Positions 50,579 to 60,524 of a DNA stretch of 64,000 nt are shown here, in pieces. The notes under the pieces were generated by a model, which was not told where the DNA came from, did not search any database, and saw nothing but the letters and a program-made list of their open reading frames with translations. The position numbers and the translations under genes are program-made. The stretch is taken from NCBI GenBank assembly GCA_963850325.1, contig CAWKLB010000006.1, forward strand, positions 91,136 through 155,135, written 5' to 3'. This DNA is from an uncultured Actinomycetota bacterium (GTDB lineage: Bacteria > Actinomycetota > Thermoleophilia > Solirubrobacterales > Solirubrobacteraceae). Each line of letters opens with the position of its first letter. The first letter of the stretch is position 1.

Positions 50579-51793
50579 GTGAGCAGGCATTCACGCGTTC
50601 GGGCCCTGTGGCCTGCCCTCCTGGCGGTCGCCGCGGCCGAGACGGCTCGGCGCGTGCTGGCGCCCCGAGCGGCGGTGCTCGAACCGGTCCGCGTCGACGT
50701 GGAGACCTACTTCTCGGCCGAGGAGATCGCCCGTGGTCGGCGGTATGCCCGGCCGCAGCTGGCTCTGGGATTGACTCGCAGCCTCATCGACGCGGCCGCA
50801 CTGGTACGCCTCGTCCGCCGTCCGCCAGCGGCGCTGGGGCGCGCCTGGCCGTCGCCCGTGGCCGGTGGCGCAGCCACCGCGGCCGGGTTGTCGCTGGCCC
50901 TCTCGCTCCCGACCCTTCCGCTGCGTGGCCTCTCCCGGCGCCGTGCGATGGCCGTCGGCCTGGACACCCAGTCCTGGGGGGCATGGGCCGGCGACGTGGC
51001 CAAGGCCAGCGTCATCCAGACGGTGTTCGCGGCCGGCGCGGGCGCCGCCGTCCTCGCCGGCACGCGGCGTTTCCCCCGCTACTGGTGGGCGCCGATGGGG
51101 AGCGGGGCAGTGGTGTTGGGCGCGGGGCTGGCGGCCCTGGCCCCGGTGGTGCTGGACCCGATCTTCAACGACTTCGAGCCGCTGCCCGAGGGTGAGCTGC
51201 GCTCGGATGTCCTGGCCCTGGCCCGTGAGGCGGGGGTCACCGTCGGCGAGGTCTTCTCGGTGGACGCCAGCCGCCGCACGACGGCGGCCAACGCCTACGT
51301 CACCGGGCTGGGCCCGACCAAGCGCGTCGTCCTCTTCGACACCCTGCTCGATCGCTACAGCCGTGACGAGATCCGCCTCGTCGTGGCTCACGAACTGGCC
51401 CACGTCCGCCACCGCGACGTGCGGCGCGGCCTGGCCTACGCGGCGATCGTGGCCCCCGCGGCAGCGCTCGCCGTGCAGCGGCTCAGTTGGGAGCTCTCGC
51501 CCGAGCGAGGCACGCCGGCCACCCTGCCCGCGGTGGGGCTGGCGGCGATGCTCATCACCGGGCCGATCGGCCTGATCGGCAACCGCCTCTCGCGGGCGAT
51601 GGAGCGCCGCGCCGATCATTTCGCCCTGCAGCTGGCCGGCGCGCCCGATGCTTTTGTCTCCTTCGAGCGGACGATCGCGCTGCAGAACGTGGCCGACCTC
51701 GACCCGCCGCGGTGGGTGTCGCGGCTGCTGGCCACACATCCGCCGACGGCCGAGCGCATCGGCGCTGCGGTGGCCTTCTCCCAGGCGGAATAG
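50579..51793 (+). CDS. M48-family (Ste24-like) membrane metallopeptidase
   Basis: NAYVTG, VVAHELAH (HExxH), MERRAD, THPPTAERI. Confidence 0.92.
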   Translation: MSRHSRVRALWPALLAVAAAETARRVLAPRAAVLEPVRVDVETYFSAEEIARGRRYARPQLALGLTRSLIDAAALVRLVRRPPAALGRAWPSPVAGGAATAAGLSLALSLPTLPLRGLSRRRAMAVGLDTQSWGAWAGDVAKASVIQTVFAAGAGAAVLAGTRRFPRYWWAPMGSGAVVLGAGLAALAPVVLDPIFNDFEPLPEGELRSDVLALAREAGVTVGEVFSVDASRRTTAANAYVTGLGPTKRVVLFDTLLDRYSRDEIRLVVAHELAHVRHRDVRRGLAYAAIVAPAAALAVQRLSWELSPERGTPATLPAVGLAAMLITGPIGLIGNRLSRAMERRADHFALQLAGAPDAFVSFERTIALQNVADLDPPRWVSRLLATHPPTAERIGAAVAFSQAE

Positions 51794-51829
51794 GGTCCGG
51801 GCGGGGACAGTGTCCTGGGGGGTGGGGGG

Positions 51830-53086
51830 TCAGCCCTCGCCGGGCGCGCGCATGACGATCACGCAGTTCTGGCCCCCGAAGCCGAACGCGTTGGCCGCGG
51901 TGGTGCGCACCTCGGCGCGCCGGGCGGTGAGGGGCACGTAGTCCAGGTCGCACTCGGGGTCGGGCGTGTGCAGGTTGGTGGTGGGGGGGAGGACCCCGTC
52001 GCGGATCGCCAGCAGGCATGTCATCGCCGATAGCGCGCCCGCGGCTCCGATCAGGTGGCCCACCATCGACTTGGGCGAGCTGGCCGGCACGTCGTAGGCC
52101 CGCTTGCCCAGGGCCATCCGGATGGCGCGGGTCTCCGAGGCGTCGTTGGCCTTGGTGGCGGTGCCATGGGCGCAGATGTAGTCGAGCTCCTCGGGGGCGA
52201 CGCCGGCGTTGCGCAGCGCCAGCTCGATGGCCCGGGCGGCGTGGACGCCCGACGGCTCGGGGGCGGAGATGTGGAAGGCATCGGAGGTCAACGCCCCGCC
52301 CGCGACCGTGCCGTAGGCGGTGGCGCCGCGGGCGGCGGCGTGCTCGGCGGACTCGACCACCAGCACCACCGCGCCCTCGCCGAACACGAACCCGTCGCGG
52401 TCGGCATCAAACGGGCGGCTGGCCTCGTCGGGTGCGTCATTGCGCTCGGACAGAGGCCCCATCAGGGCCAGGCCCGCGAACATCGACCGCGAGATCCCGG
52501 CATCGGTCCCGCCGGCGATGACGACGTCGGCCTCGCCGCCGGCGATCAGTCGCCGCGCCTCGAGCAGGGCCGCGGTGCCGCTGGCGCAGGCCAGGGCGCT
52601 CGCGTTGACCGGACCGTGGACGCCGAGGTCGATGGCCACCTCGCAGGCGGCCATGTTGAGGATCGTCGAGGGCACGAAGTACGGGCTGAGGTCGCGCGGC
52701 CCGCGCTCGATCAGCGCCCGGATGTTGCGCTCGGTCTCGGGGCCGCCGGCGACCGCGGCGTTGACCACGACCCCGATCTGGTCGGCCTCGGCGGCGGTGT
52801 CGAGCCCGGCGTCGGCCACCGCCTCGCGCGCCGCGCCCACGGCGAGCTGGCTGAAGCGCGCCGAGCGGCGAAAGCGCTTGGGCCCCATCACCGCCTCGCC
52901 GTCGAAGCCGTGGATCTCACCGGCGATCCGCACGGGGAGATCGGACGCATCGAAGCTCTCGATCGCCGTGATCCCGGACCGCCCCTCCACCAGCGCCTGC
53001 CAGGTCTCCGGCGCGGTCATGCCCACCGGCGTGATGGCGCCGATCCCGGTGACCACCGGGTCGCGGCGCTGCCCCTGGCTGCTCAC
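51830..53086 (-). CDS. fabF: Beta-ketoacyl synthase II family protein (FabF-like)
   Basis: VVTGIGAITPVG, ALACASG (catalytic Cys), CAHGTAT, KSMVGHLIGAAG, NAFGFGG. Confidence 0.9.
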   Translation of the reverse strand: MSSQGQRRDPVVTGIGAITPVGMTAPETWQALVEGRSGITAIESFDASDLPVRIAGEIHGFDGEAVMGPKRFRRSARFSQLAVGAAREAVADAGLDTAAEADQIGVVVNAAVAGGPETERNIRALIERGPRDLSPYFVPSTILNMAACEVAIDLGVHGPVNASALACASGTAALLEARRLIAGGEADVVIAGGTDAGISRSMFAGLALMGPLSERNDAPDEASRPFDADRDGFVFGEGAVVLVVESAEHAAARGATAYGTVAGGALTSDAFHISAPEPSGVHAARAIELALRNAGVAPEELDYICAHGTATKANDASETRAIRMALGKRAYDVPASSPKSMVGHLIGAAGALSAMTCLLAIRDGVLPPTTNLHTPDPECDLDYVPLTARRAEVRTTAANAFGFGGQNCVIVMRAPGEG

Positions 53087-54729
53087 GGGCGCTGGAACAG
53101 GCCTTGCGCGGCGTCCTGCTTGGCCTGCTCGCGCAACTGGTAGTGGAGCTTCTTGCCGGTGGCGGTCATCGGCAGCTCGGAGACGAAGCGGTAGGCGCGG
53201 GGCCGCTTGAAGGCGGCCAGCATCGGGTGGCCGCTGCAGTGGGCCTCGCAGGCGGCGGCGTCGAGTCCGTCTCCGGCGGGCACGACGTAGGCGACCACCA
53301 CCTCGCCCCACCGCTCGTCGGCCAGCCCGACCACGGCGGAGTCGGCGATCGCGGGGTGCTCGGCGAGCACCGCCTCCACCTGCGTCGGGTGCACGTTCTC
53401 GCCGCCGGAGATGATCATGTCGTCCTTGCGGCCCACGATCGTCACGTACTCGTCCTCGTCCCACGTGGCCAGGTCGCCGATGTACAACCAACCGTCGCGG
53501 AAGCGCGCGGCCTGCTCGTCGGGCTGGTTGACGTAGGCGTAGCCGGCCTTGACCGACCGCACCACCACCTCGCCCACCTCGGTTCCGTCCTTGGCGGCGT
53601 GGTCGCCGGGGTCGGCCTGGCGGTCCTCGTAGATCCTCACCACCGCGACGTCGTCATCGGTGCACGCCCTTCCCGCCGAGCCCGCATGCTCCGGCAGGTC
53701 CGACGGGCGCAGGAAGGTGTTCCAGAATGCCTCGGTCGTCCCGTAGCCGTTGAAGATCCGCGGGGTCAGCACCTGCTGGTAGCGCAGGCAGGCCTCGCGG
53801 TCCAGCGGCGCTCCCATGGTGACGATCCCGTTGAGCGTCGAGAGGTCGCGCGGCCGCGCCGTCTGCTCGGCAGTGAGCATGGCCAGGCTCGTCGGCGCGC
53901 CGATGAGGAAGGTGAGCCCGTGCGCCTGGACCCAGTCGAGCACCGTGGCCGGGTCAAACTGGCGCAGCGCCACCGCCTCGGCGCCGCAGTAGAGCACGGG
54001 ATTGGGGCCGCCGGAGTACAGGCCGCCGCGGTGAAACCACGGGGTCATATTCAGGGTGCGGTCCTCGGGGGACAGCGGGAAGTGCATGATCACGTCGTGG
54101 GCGGAGAGCACGTCGACGAGGCCGCTCAGCGACACGCCCTTGGGCATCCCCGTCGTGCCCGAGGTGTACAGGCGGGTCGTCTCGTCATAGGTGCTGACGT
54201 TCTCCGGGAGATCCGGCACCGTCTCGGCGCCCATGAGCGCGTCGAGCGGGGTGGCGTTGGTGGGGCTGTCGCCGACGACCGCGGTCAGTTGCGGCGCGTG
54301 TGAGGCCCGGGCGAGGGCGTCCGCCGTGGTCTGGGCCAGGGCGGCGTCATAGACGAAGGCCGCCGGGCGGCTGTCGTCCAGGACATGGGCCACCTCGCCG
54401 GAGGAGAGGCGGAAGTTGATCGGAGCGGCGATCGCGCCCAGTCGCTGCGCGGCCAGCCACACGAGCACGAACTCAGCACAGTTGAACAGGTCAAAGACGA
54501 CCACATCGCCGGTGTCGACGCCATGTGCTCTGAGACCGGCAGCCAGCCTGCCGCTGTCGTTCCACAGCTCGGCATAGGTCCAGCGGCGATCCGTGGCGGG
54601 ATCGTGGAGCGCGTGGCGATGGGCGTAGCGGTGGCTGTTGCGGTACACGCCGGCGAGGTAGGTGAACCGGCGTTCGAACACCTCGCGGAACGCCGAGGCG
54701 TCGTAGCGGTAGGTGGTCTCGACGCTCAA
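53083..54729 (-). CDS. AMP-binding acyl-CoA ligase
   Basis: YTSGTTGMPKG, GYGTTE, GDLA, IVGRKDDMIISGGENV; TTG start inferred from a TTGA overlap. Confidence 0.92.
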   Translation of the reverse strand: MSVETTYRYDASAFREVFERRFTYLAGVYRNSHRYAHRHALHDPATDRRWTYAELWNDSGRLAAGLRAHGVDTGDVVVFDLFNCAEFVLVWLAAQRLGAIAAPINFRLSSGEVAHVLDDSRPAAFVYDAALAQTTADALARASHAPQLTAVVGDSPTNATPLDALMGAETVPDLPENVSTYDETTRLYTSGTTGMPKGVSLSGLVDVLSAHDVIMHFPLSPEDRTLNMTPWFHRGGLYSGGPNPVLYCGAEAVALRQFDPATVLDWVQAHGLTFLIGAPTSLAMLTAEQTARPRDLSTLNGIVTMGAPLDREACLRYQQVLTPRIFNGYGTTEAFWNTFLRPSDLPEHAGSAGRACTDDDVAVVRIYEDRQADPGDHAAKDGTEVGEVVVRSVKAGYAYVNQPDEQAARFRDGWLYIGDLATWDEDEYVTIVGRKDDMIISGGENVHPTQVEAVLAEHPAIADSAVVGLADERWGEVVVAYVVPAGDGLDAAACEAHCSGHPMLAAFKRPRAYRFVSELPMTATGKKLHYQLREQAKQDAAQGLFQRP

Positions 54730-55706
54730 CCCCGGGCCCTTGCCCCCGAGGTCGTCCATGCCGTTTCGAAGCGCCGGCGGACCTCGGCGAGGCGCTCGTA
54801 CTGGGTGAGGGGCTCGCGGCCGAGCGGCATGAAGAGGAACTCCTCGACTCCGGCCTCGCTGTAGGCCTCGAGCTGCTCGACGGCCCCGTCGACGCTGTCG
54901 AGCAGGGTCCAGTGCTCGATCTTGTCCAGCCCCATGCGGTACTGGCCGCGGATGTGCAGCTCAGCCTCGGCGCGTGCCCGGGCTCGGTCGTCGTCGATGT
55001 GGACGCCGATGAGCAGGGCGGTCCCGGGGGCGGGACGGCCCTCGCGCTCGGCCAGGTCGGCGAGCGTCTGGGTCCGCTCGGCCACGCGGTCGGGCGTGAG
55101 CCACATCGGCAGCCACATGTCGCCGTAGACGGCAGCCCGGTGGAGCGCCGCCTCGCCGCGGCCCCCGACGTAGATCGGCGGCGGTGTGGCCATTGCGGGT
55201 TGCAACGACGGGGCGTTGACGCTCATCGTGCGCCCCTCGTAGGTGACAGGCTGGCCGGTGAGCAGCTCACGGATGACGTGCAGCGCGTCATCCAGCCGGG
55301 CGCCGCGCTGGCGCACGGGGACGCCGGCGGCCTCGAACTCAGCCGGGAACTCGCCGCCGACGCCGACCCCCAGCACCAGGCGTCCCGAGGACAGGTGGTC
55401 GATCGTGGCCAGGATCTTCGCCGCCCACGCCGGCGCGCGCAGGCCCAGCAGCATCACGCTGAGGCCCACCTTAATGTGGTGAGTGACAGCGGCCGCCGCG
55501 GCCAGGCAGGACGGGGCGTCGAGCCCGGGGGCGGGGCAGGCGAGGTGATCGCCGACCCACGCGGCGCCGAACCCCAGCTCCTCGGCAAGACGCGCCGCGG
55601 GAACGATCGGCATCGGCTGTCCGGTGCCCACCGCGTCGAAGTTGGGCAACAGCACGCCGATGCGCGGGCGCGTCATCAAGCGGGGTCGCTGCGTGATATC
55701 CGTCAT
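54726..55706 (-). CDS. LLM-class flavin/F420-dependent oxidoreductase
   Basis: AEELGFGAAWVGDH, LATIDHLSSGRLVLGVGVG, PPIYVGG. Confidence 0.9.
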   Translation of the reverse strand: MTDITQRPRLMTRPRIGVLLPNFDAVGTGQPMPIVPAARLAEELGFGAAWVGDHLACPAPGLDAPSCLAAAAAVTHHIKVGLSVMLLGLRAPAWAAKILATIDHLSSGRLVLGVGVGGEFPAEFEAAGVPVRQRGARLDDALHVIRELLTGQPVTYEGRTMSVNAPSLQPAMATPPPIYVGGRGEAALHRAAVYGDMWLPMWLTPDRVAERTQTLADLAEREGRPAPGTALLIGVHIDDDRARARAEAELHIRGQYRMGLDKIEHWTLLDSVDGAVEQLEAYSEAGVEEFLFMPLGREPLTQYERLAEVRRRFETAWTTSGARARG

Positions 55707-55778
55707 CGGTCAGGGGAGGGCGCGGAAAGTGTGACCGTCATGAGATGAGGGTGATCGCTGCCGGGGACGGACAGCGAA

Positions 55779-56114
55779 TCAGTCCTCGTCGTCGGGACCG
55801 TACTCCGACCCTCCGTCGCCGCCGTTGACCTCCGGAAGGTTCTTGACGCCCTCCCTGTACTCCCATTTGGAGTAGTTGTCCTGCATCGCTTCGATGAGCT
55901 CCTTCATGAAGCGCGCCGAGAGGTTGATCCGCGACACCACCACGCCGGGGATCTCCTCGTCCTCGACTTCGTGGTCGACGCGGGCGAAGGTGATCGTGAA
56001 CTCGTAGTCGGAGTGGCTGACGTTGGCGAAGTTCGAGTACACGCCGGCCATGATGTCCGGCGAGAAGTGGATGTTGATGTGGCGCTCAGGAGTGTTGGGA
56101 TCGTCCATATCCAC
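55779..56114 (-). CDS. DUF3467-family protein
   Basis: GVYSNFANVSHSDYEFTITF...VVSRINLS..FMK. Confidence 0.82.
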   Translation of the reverse strand: MDMDDPNTPERHINIHFSPDIMAGVYSNFANVSHSDYEFTITFARVDHEVEDEEIPGVVVSRINLSARFMKELIEAMQDNYSKWEYREGVKNLPEVNGGDGGSEYGPDDED

Positions 56115-56127
56115 TTAGTATCTCATC

Positions 56128-56535
56128 GTGCGGATCGTCGTCGTTGCCGTGGGAAAGTTACGTCCTCCGTTCGCCGATGACGTGCAGCACTACCAGAAGC
56201 TGCTCGCCGGCCACACGCGACTGGAGCTCGTCGAGGTCCGCGAGGACGACCAGGTCGCTCGCCGGCTGCCCGATCGGGCGTTTGTCTCGCTGCTGCACCG
56301 CGACGGCGCGCGCCCCGATTCGCTGGCCTTCGCTCGCTTCCTGGAGGACCGGCGCCAGAGCGGCCGCGACCTGTGCTTCGTGATCGGCGGCCCTTTCGGG
56401 CTCGACCTCGATCACGTCGACCACCGTCTCTCGCTCGGCGAGATCACGCTGCCCCACCAGCTGGCTCGGGTGGTGCTCCTGGAGCAGCTCTACCGTGGCC
56501 ACAAGATCCTGGCCCGCGAGCCCTACCACTACTGA
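56128..56535 (+). CDS. rlmH: 23S rRNA (pseudouridine-1915-N3)-methyltransferase
   Basis: MRIVVVAVGK, FVIGGPFG, LSLGEITLPHQLARVVLLEQLYR...PYH. Confidence 0.93.
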   Translation: MRIVVVAVGKLRPPFADDVQHYQKLLAGHTRLELVEVREDDQVARRLPDRAFVSLLHRDGARPDSLAFARFLEDRRQSGRDLCFVIGGPFGLDLDHVDHRLSLGEITLPHQLARVVLLEQLYRGHKILAREPYHY

Positions 56536-56559
56536 GGACCGCGGAGAGCTCCCTCAGGC

Positions 56560-57624
56560 ATGCCCATTCCCGTCGATCGCCGCCGCATCAGCCACCATCA
56601 GGCCCTGGAGCGCCGCCGTCGCGCGCGGCGCGAGGTCGAGGCCTTCACCCGGCGCCTGAGCATCCTGCTGGCCGCGCTGGCCGGCGTCGTCGTGCTCGGC
56701 ACGATCGCCTTCTGGCTCACCGAGGGCGTGTCGCTGGCCTACGGCTTCGTCTGGACCCTGGACACGGTGACCACGCTGGGCGCGCTCAAGGACCCGCAGG
56801 ACGTGGGCGGACGGGTCGTGGTCGTCCTGCTCGAGCTGTTTGGCATAGGTACGCTCTTTTACGGACTGGCGACGGTGGCGGAGTTCTTCGTCTCCGGCCA
56901 GCTCAGCGGGCTGCGCGAAGAGCGCCGCAACCAGCGCATGATCGACTCCTACTCAGACCACTTCATCATCTGCGGCTTCGGCCGCGTCGGCCGCCAGGTG
57001 GCCCGTGACCTCGGCCTGGCCGGGGTCAGGCACGTGGCCATCGACGCCAACCCCGCGCATCGCGAGGAGGCCGCGGAGCTGGGTGTCCGGTACATCGAGA
57101 GCTACGCCGCCGACGACGAGGTCCTGATCGCCGCCGGGATCATGCGGGCCCGCGCCGTGGTCGCGTGCGTGGACTCCGACGCGGACAACATCTTCATCGT
57201 CCTCACCGCGCGGGGCCTGCGCCCCGACATCCTCATCATCGCGCGGGCCTCGGCCGAGGACGCCGAGCGCAAGCTCCAGCGTGCCGGCGCCGACCGCGTG
57301 ATCTCGCCCTACAAGACGTCGGGCTCGGAGATGGCCCGGCTGGCCCTGCACCCTCAGGTGGGAGGGGCCCTCAAGGTCGCCGACTACCGGATGGACGAGA
57401 TCGAGGTCTCAGAGTCGTGCGAGGGCGTGGGCAAGACGATCGAGCAGATCCGCGGCGACGCCGTGGTGGTGGCCGTGCGCCACCCCGACGGGCGGCTCGA
57501 GCCCCAGCCGGCGCCATCATCGGTGATCGAGGCCGGCCAGCTGCTGGTGGCGATCGGCAGGCCCGAGTCACTCGAGCGGCTGGAGACCGTGTTCCAGCCG
57601 GCGGTCGCGGTCCACAGCGGATGA
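56560..57624 (+). CDS. Potassium channel protein with TrkA-N/TrkA-C (RCK) domains
   Basis: TVTTLG pore-like segment; HFIICGFGRVG; DADNIFIVLTAR. Confidence 0.88.
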   Translation: MPIPVDRRRISHHQALERRRRARREVEAFTRRLSILLAALAGVVVLGTIAFWLTEGVSLAYGFVWTLDTVTTLGALKDPQDVGGRVVVVLLELFGIGTLFYGLATVAEFFVSGQLSGLREERRNQRMIDSYSDHFIICGFGRVGRQVARDLGLAGVRHVAIDANPAHREEAAELGVRYIESYAADDEVLIAAGIMRARAVVACVDSDADNIFIVLTARGLRPDILIIARASAEDAERKLQRAGADRVISPYKTSGSEMARLALHPQVGGALKVADYRMDEIEVSESCEGVGKTIEQIRGDAVVVAVRHPDGRLEPQPAPSSVIEAGQLLVAIGRPESLERLETVFQPAVAVHSG

Positions 57625-59255
57625 GCGCCTCGTTGGAGGAGCTGCGCTCGGCGGTCACACAGGCCGCCGTCAGCCTCGGGAGCAACGACGCGGTGGCGGC
57701 CAACGTGAAGGTCGAGCGTCCCAAGCGCGACGGGCAGGGGGACTACTCGACCAACCTGGCGATGCTGCTGGCCCCGTCGCTGCGCAAGCCGCCGCGCGAG
57801 ATCGCCGAACAGGTGGGCGTTGCCCTCAGCGTGGTCCTGAGTTCTGATCTGGTGCGCTTCGAGGTGGCGGGACCGGGCTTCGTCAACCTGTTCCTGTCCG
57901 ATGACTGGTACCGGCGGGCGCTGCGCACGGTGCTCGACGCCGGCGAGCGCTTCGGCGCGGGCGGCGCTCCGGTGGCGCAAAAGGTCCTGGTGGAGTTCGT
58001 CTCGGCCAACCCGACCGGCCCGCTGGTGGCCGCCAGCGGCCGTCACGCCGCCTACGGCGACGCGCTCTCACGCGTGCTCGCCCACCACGGCCACGAGGTG
58101 TGGCGCGAGTACTACTTCAACGACGCCGGTGGGCAGATCCGGCTGCTCGGCGAGTCCGTGGTCGCGCGCGCTCGGGGCGAGAGCGTCCCCGAGGGCGGCT
58201 ACCAGGGGGAGTACGTGCTTGACCTCGCCGGCCAGATCCCGGGCGTCGAGGCGATGACGGCGGACGAAGCGGCGACGCACGCGGTCGAGCTGCTGCTGGC
58301 GCAGATCAAGGGCACGCTCGAGCGCTACGGCGTGCACTACGACCAGTACTTCTCCGAGCGCACCCTGCACGAGGGGTCCCCCAGCTACCTGGATCGGGCC
58401 CTGGAGGTCGTGGCCGAAGGCGGGAACTCGTACGAGTCAGAGGGCGCGCTGTGGCTGCGCTCGTCGAACTTCGGCGACGACAAGGATCGCGTTCTGCGGC
58501 GCTCTGATGGCGCGCCCACATACCTCGCCGCGGATGTCGCCTACCTGCTGCAGAAGCGCGAGCGGGGGGTGGAGCTCCAGCTGCTGCCGGTCGGCGCCGA
58601 CCACCACGGCTACGTGGCGCGCATGAAGGCCGGCTGGGCCGCGCTGGGCGGCGACCCGGACACCCTGGAGATGCCGATCATCCAGTTCGTGCACCTGGTG
58701 GACGGCACCGAGCGGGCCGCGATGTCCAAGCGCCGGGGTGAATTCATCACGCTCGATGACCTGCTCGACGAGATCGGCGTCGACGCCACGCGCTTCTGGA
58801 TGCTCCAGCGATCTCACGACCGCACGGTCGACCTCGACCTGGCGCTGGCCAAGCAGGAGTCACCGGAGAACCCCGTCTACTACGTGCAATACGCGCACGC
58901 CCGGATCGTGACGATGGTGGGGCGGCTGTCCGAGGACCGCGTGGCGGCGGCGCTGGATGGGGGGGCGGATTGGGACGGCGGCGAGCTCCACAAGGCCGAG
59001 CGCAACCTCATCAAGGCGCTGCTGGACTTCCCCGACGAGATCGCCGAGGCGGTCGAGCGCCGGGCCCCGCACCGGATCGCCAACTACGTCCACGAACTGG
59101 CCCAGGTGTTCACCGACTTCTACCGTGACTGCAAGGTGGTGGGCGCTGAGCCCGAGGCGACCGAGTCGTTCCGGATCGCGCTGTCGCAGGCGGCGCGCCA
59201 GACCATCAAGCTCGCCCTGTGGCTGCTGGGGGTCGGGGCGCCGGACTCGATGTAG
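57621..59255 (+). CDS. argS: Arginine--tRNA ligase
   Basis: GDYSTN, AGPGFVN, VEFVSANPTGP, GADHHGY, MSKRRG, YYVQYAHARI. Confidence 0.95.
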   Translation: MSASLEELRSAVTQAAVSLGSNDAVAANVKVERPKRDGQGDYSTNLAMLLAPSLRKPPREIAEQVGVALSVVLSSDLVRFEVAGPGFVNLFLSDDWYRRALRTVLDAGERFGAGGAPVAQKVLVEFVSANPTGPLVAASGRHAAYGDALSRVLAHHGHEVWREYYFNDAGGQIRLLGESVVARARGESVPEGGYQGEYVLDLAGQIPGVEAMTADEAATHAVELLLAQIKGTLERYGVHYDQYFSERTLHEGSPSYLDRALEVVAEGGNSYESEGALWLRSSNFGDDKDRVLRRSDGAPTYLAADVAYLLQKRERGVELQLLPVGADHHGYVARMKAGWAALGGDPDTLEMPIIQFVHLVDGTERAAMSKRRGEFITLDDLLDEIGVDATRFWMLQRSHDRTVDLDLALAKQESPENPVYYVQYAHARIVTMVGRLSEDRVAAALDGGADWDGGELHKAERNLIKALLDFPDEIAEAVERRAPHRIANYVHELAQVFTDFYRDCKVVGAEPEATESFRIALSQAARQTIKLALWLLGVGAPDSM

Positions 59256-59292
59256 CGGTGGGCCGGGGCGGTCGCGTTGGCGACCGGGCCGC

Positions 59293-59796
59293 TCAGGCGA
59301 AGCGTCCGAGGTCCTCGTTGAGGCGCTGGGCGTCGGCGTCGTCCAGCGTGGCGGTTGCCTTGGTCGCTGAGGAGTCGGCGTCGCGAGCGCGTCGCCGCCA
59401 CCGGGGGATGAACACCGCGATCGTCGCGATCCCGAGGATGAGCACCAGCGGCGGCACGATGTAGACGAGCAGGTTGACGCCGTGGGCCGGCGGGCGGGAC
59501 AGCACAGCGGGGCCGTACTGCTGGACGAGGTCGTCCTCGATCTCCTTGCGCGTCTTGCCCTGGGCGATGAGCTGACGGATGTAGTCGCGCTCCTGGAAGG
59601 CCTCGGGCGATTGGGCGACGCCGAGCGGCTCGTGGCAGACGACGCACATGACGTCGTCGACGACCGCCAGGTAGGAGGCCTTGGGTGTGACGGCTGCGTG
59701 CGCCATGGGGATGGCGCCGGCGGTTGCGGCCACGGTTGCCGTGGCGGCGAGCAGCACCGCGAGGCTGAGCGCGAGGATGGCGAGGCGCCGCCTCAT
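59293..59796 (-). CDS. ccmH: Cytochrome c biogenesis protein CcmH/NrfF-like
   Basis: MCVVC...VAQS, LVQQYG..VLSRPP, C-terminal TM helix. Confidence 0.82.
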   Translation of the reverse strand: MRRRLAILALSLAVLLAATATVAATAGAIPMAHAAVTPKASYLAVVDDVMCVVCHEPLGVAQSPEAFQERDYIRQLIAQGKTRKEIEDDLVQQYGPAVLSRPPAHGVNLLVYIVPPLVLILGIATIAVFIPRWRRRARDADSSATKATATLDDADAQRLNEDLGRFA

Positions 59797-60347
59797 GACT
59801 TCTCGTCCAGGATGCGCGGCAGCGTCTCGTCGAGCCACTGCGTGGTGACGGGGAAGCGCTGCAGCGCCTGGATCTTCCCGTTGCGGTTGATGACGAATGT
59901 CTCGGGCACGCCGGTGGTGCCGAACGAGCGCACGAAGCTCCCGGTCACGTCGCGCAGGACGGGATAGGTGATGTGGTAGCGCTTGGCGAACTGCTCGGAG
60001 GCGGTCGAGAGGTCCTCGTAGGTCACGCCGACGAGCGTCGCGTTGTGCTTGGCCAGGATCGGCTGCTCCTTGGCCAGGATCGGCGCCTCGGCCTGGCACG
60101 GATCACACCAGGAGGCGAACACGTTGAGGACGACCACCTTGCCCCGGAAGTCCGCCAGGCTCGCCTTTTCGCCCGTGCCCAGCAGGGGCAACGCCTGACG
60201 GGCGTTGGGCGCGACGGGGAACGTGCCGTGGGCCACCTGCGAGTCGATCGACGAGGTGTCGTTCTGATTGGAGACGCCGAAGGTGAGCAGCGCCAGCAGC
60301 GCGACCGCCGCGGCGGCGACCAACCCGGGGAGGATGAACCGGCGCAT
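59793..60347 (-). CDS. TlpA/CcmG(DsbE)-like thiol:disulfide oxidoreductase
   Basis: GKVVVLNVFASWCDPC; GVPETFVI; N-terminal anchor. Confidence 0.9.
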   Translation of the reverse strand: MRRFILPGLVAAAAVALLALLTFGVSNQNDTSSIDSQVAHGTFPVAPNARQALPLLGTGEKASLADFRGKVVVLNVFASWCDPCQAEAPILAKEQPILAKHNATLVGVTYEDLSTASEQFAKRYHITYPVLRDVTGSFVRSFGTTGVPETFVINRNGKIQALQRFPVTTQWLDETLPRILDEKS

Positions 60348-60524
60348 ACGGCCTGATGGTAATGACGAGGGGCGGTGTCGAACCCCGTTGGGAGGCACCG
60401 GACGTTCGTCCACTGGGGGCAAGTCGGCCTGAAAACGGGCCTCGGCCTGCCGATAAGCGTGGGTATCGGTGCCGGACCCGCCCGGCTCCGAGTCAAGGAG
60501 AGCCCCAGGTCAAGGAGACCAACG

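Noticed and set aside
60410-60470. c-di-GMP-I riboswitch-like text (GGGCAAG...GAAAA...CGGCCT)
   Set aside because: The required P1/P2 pairing and GCAAA elements could not be assembled
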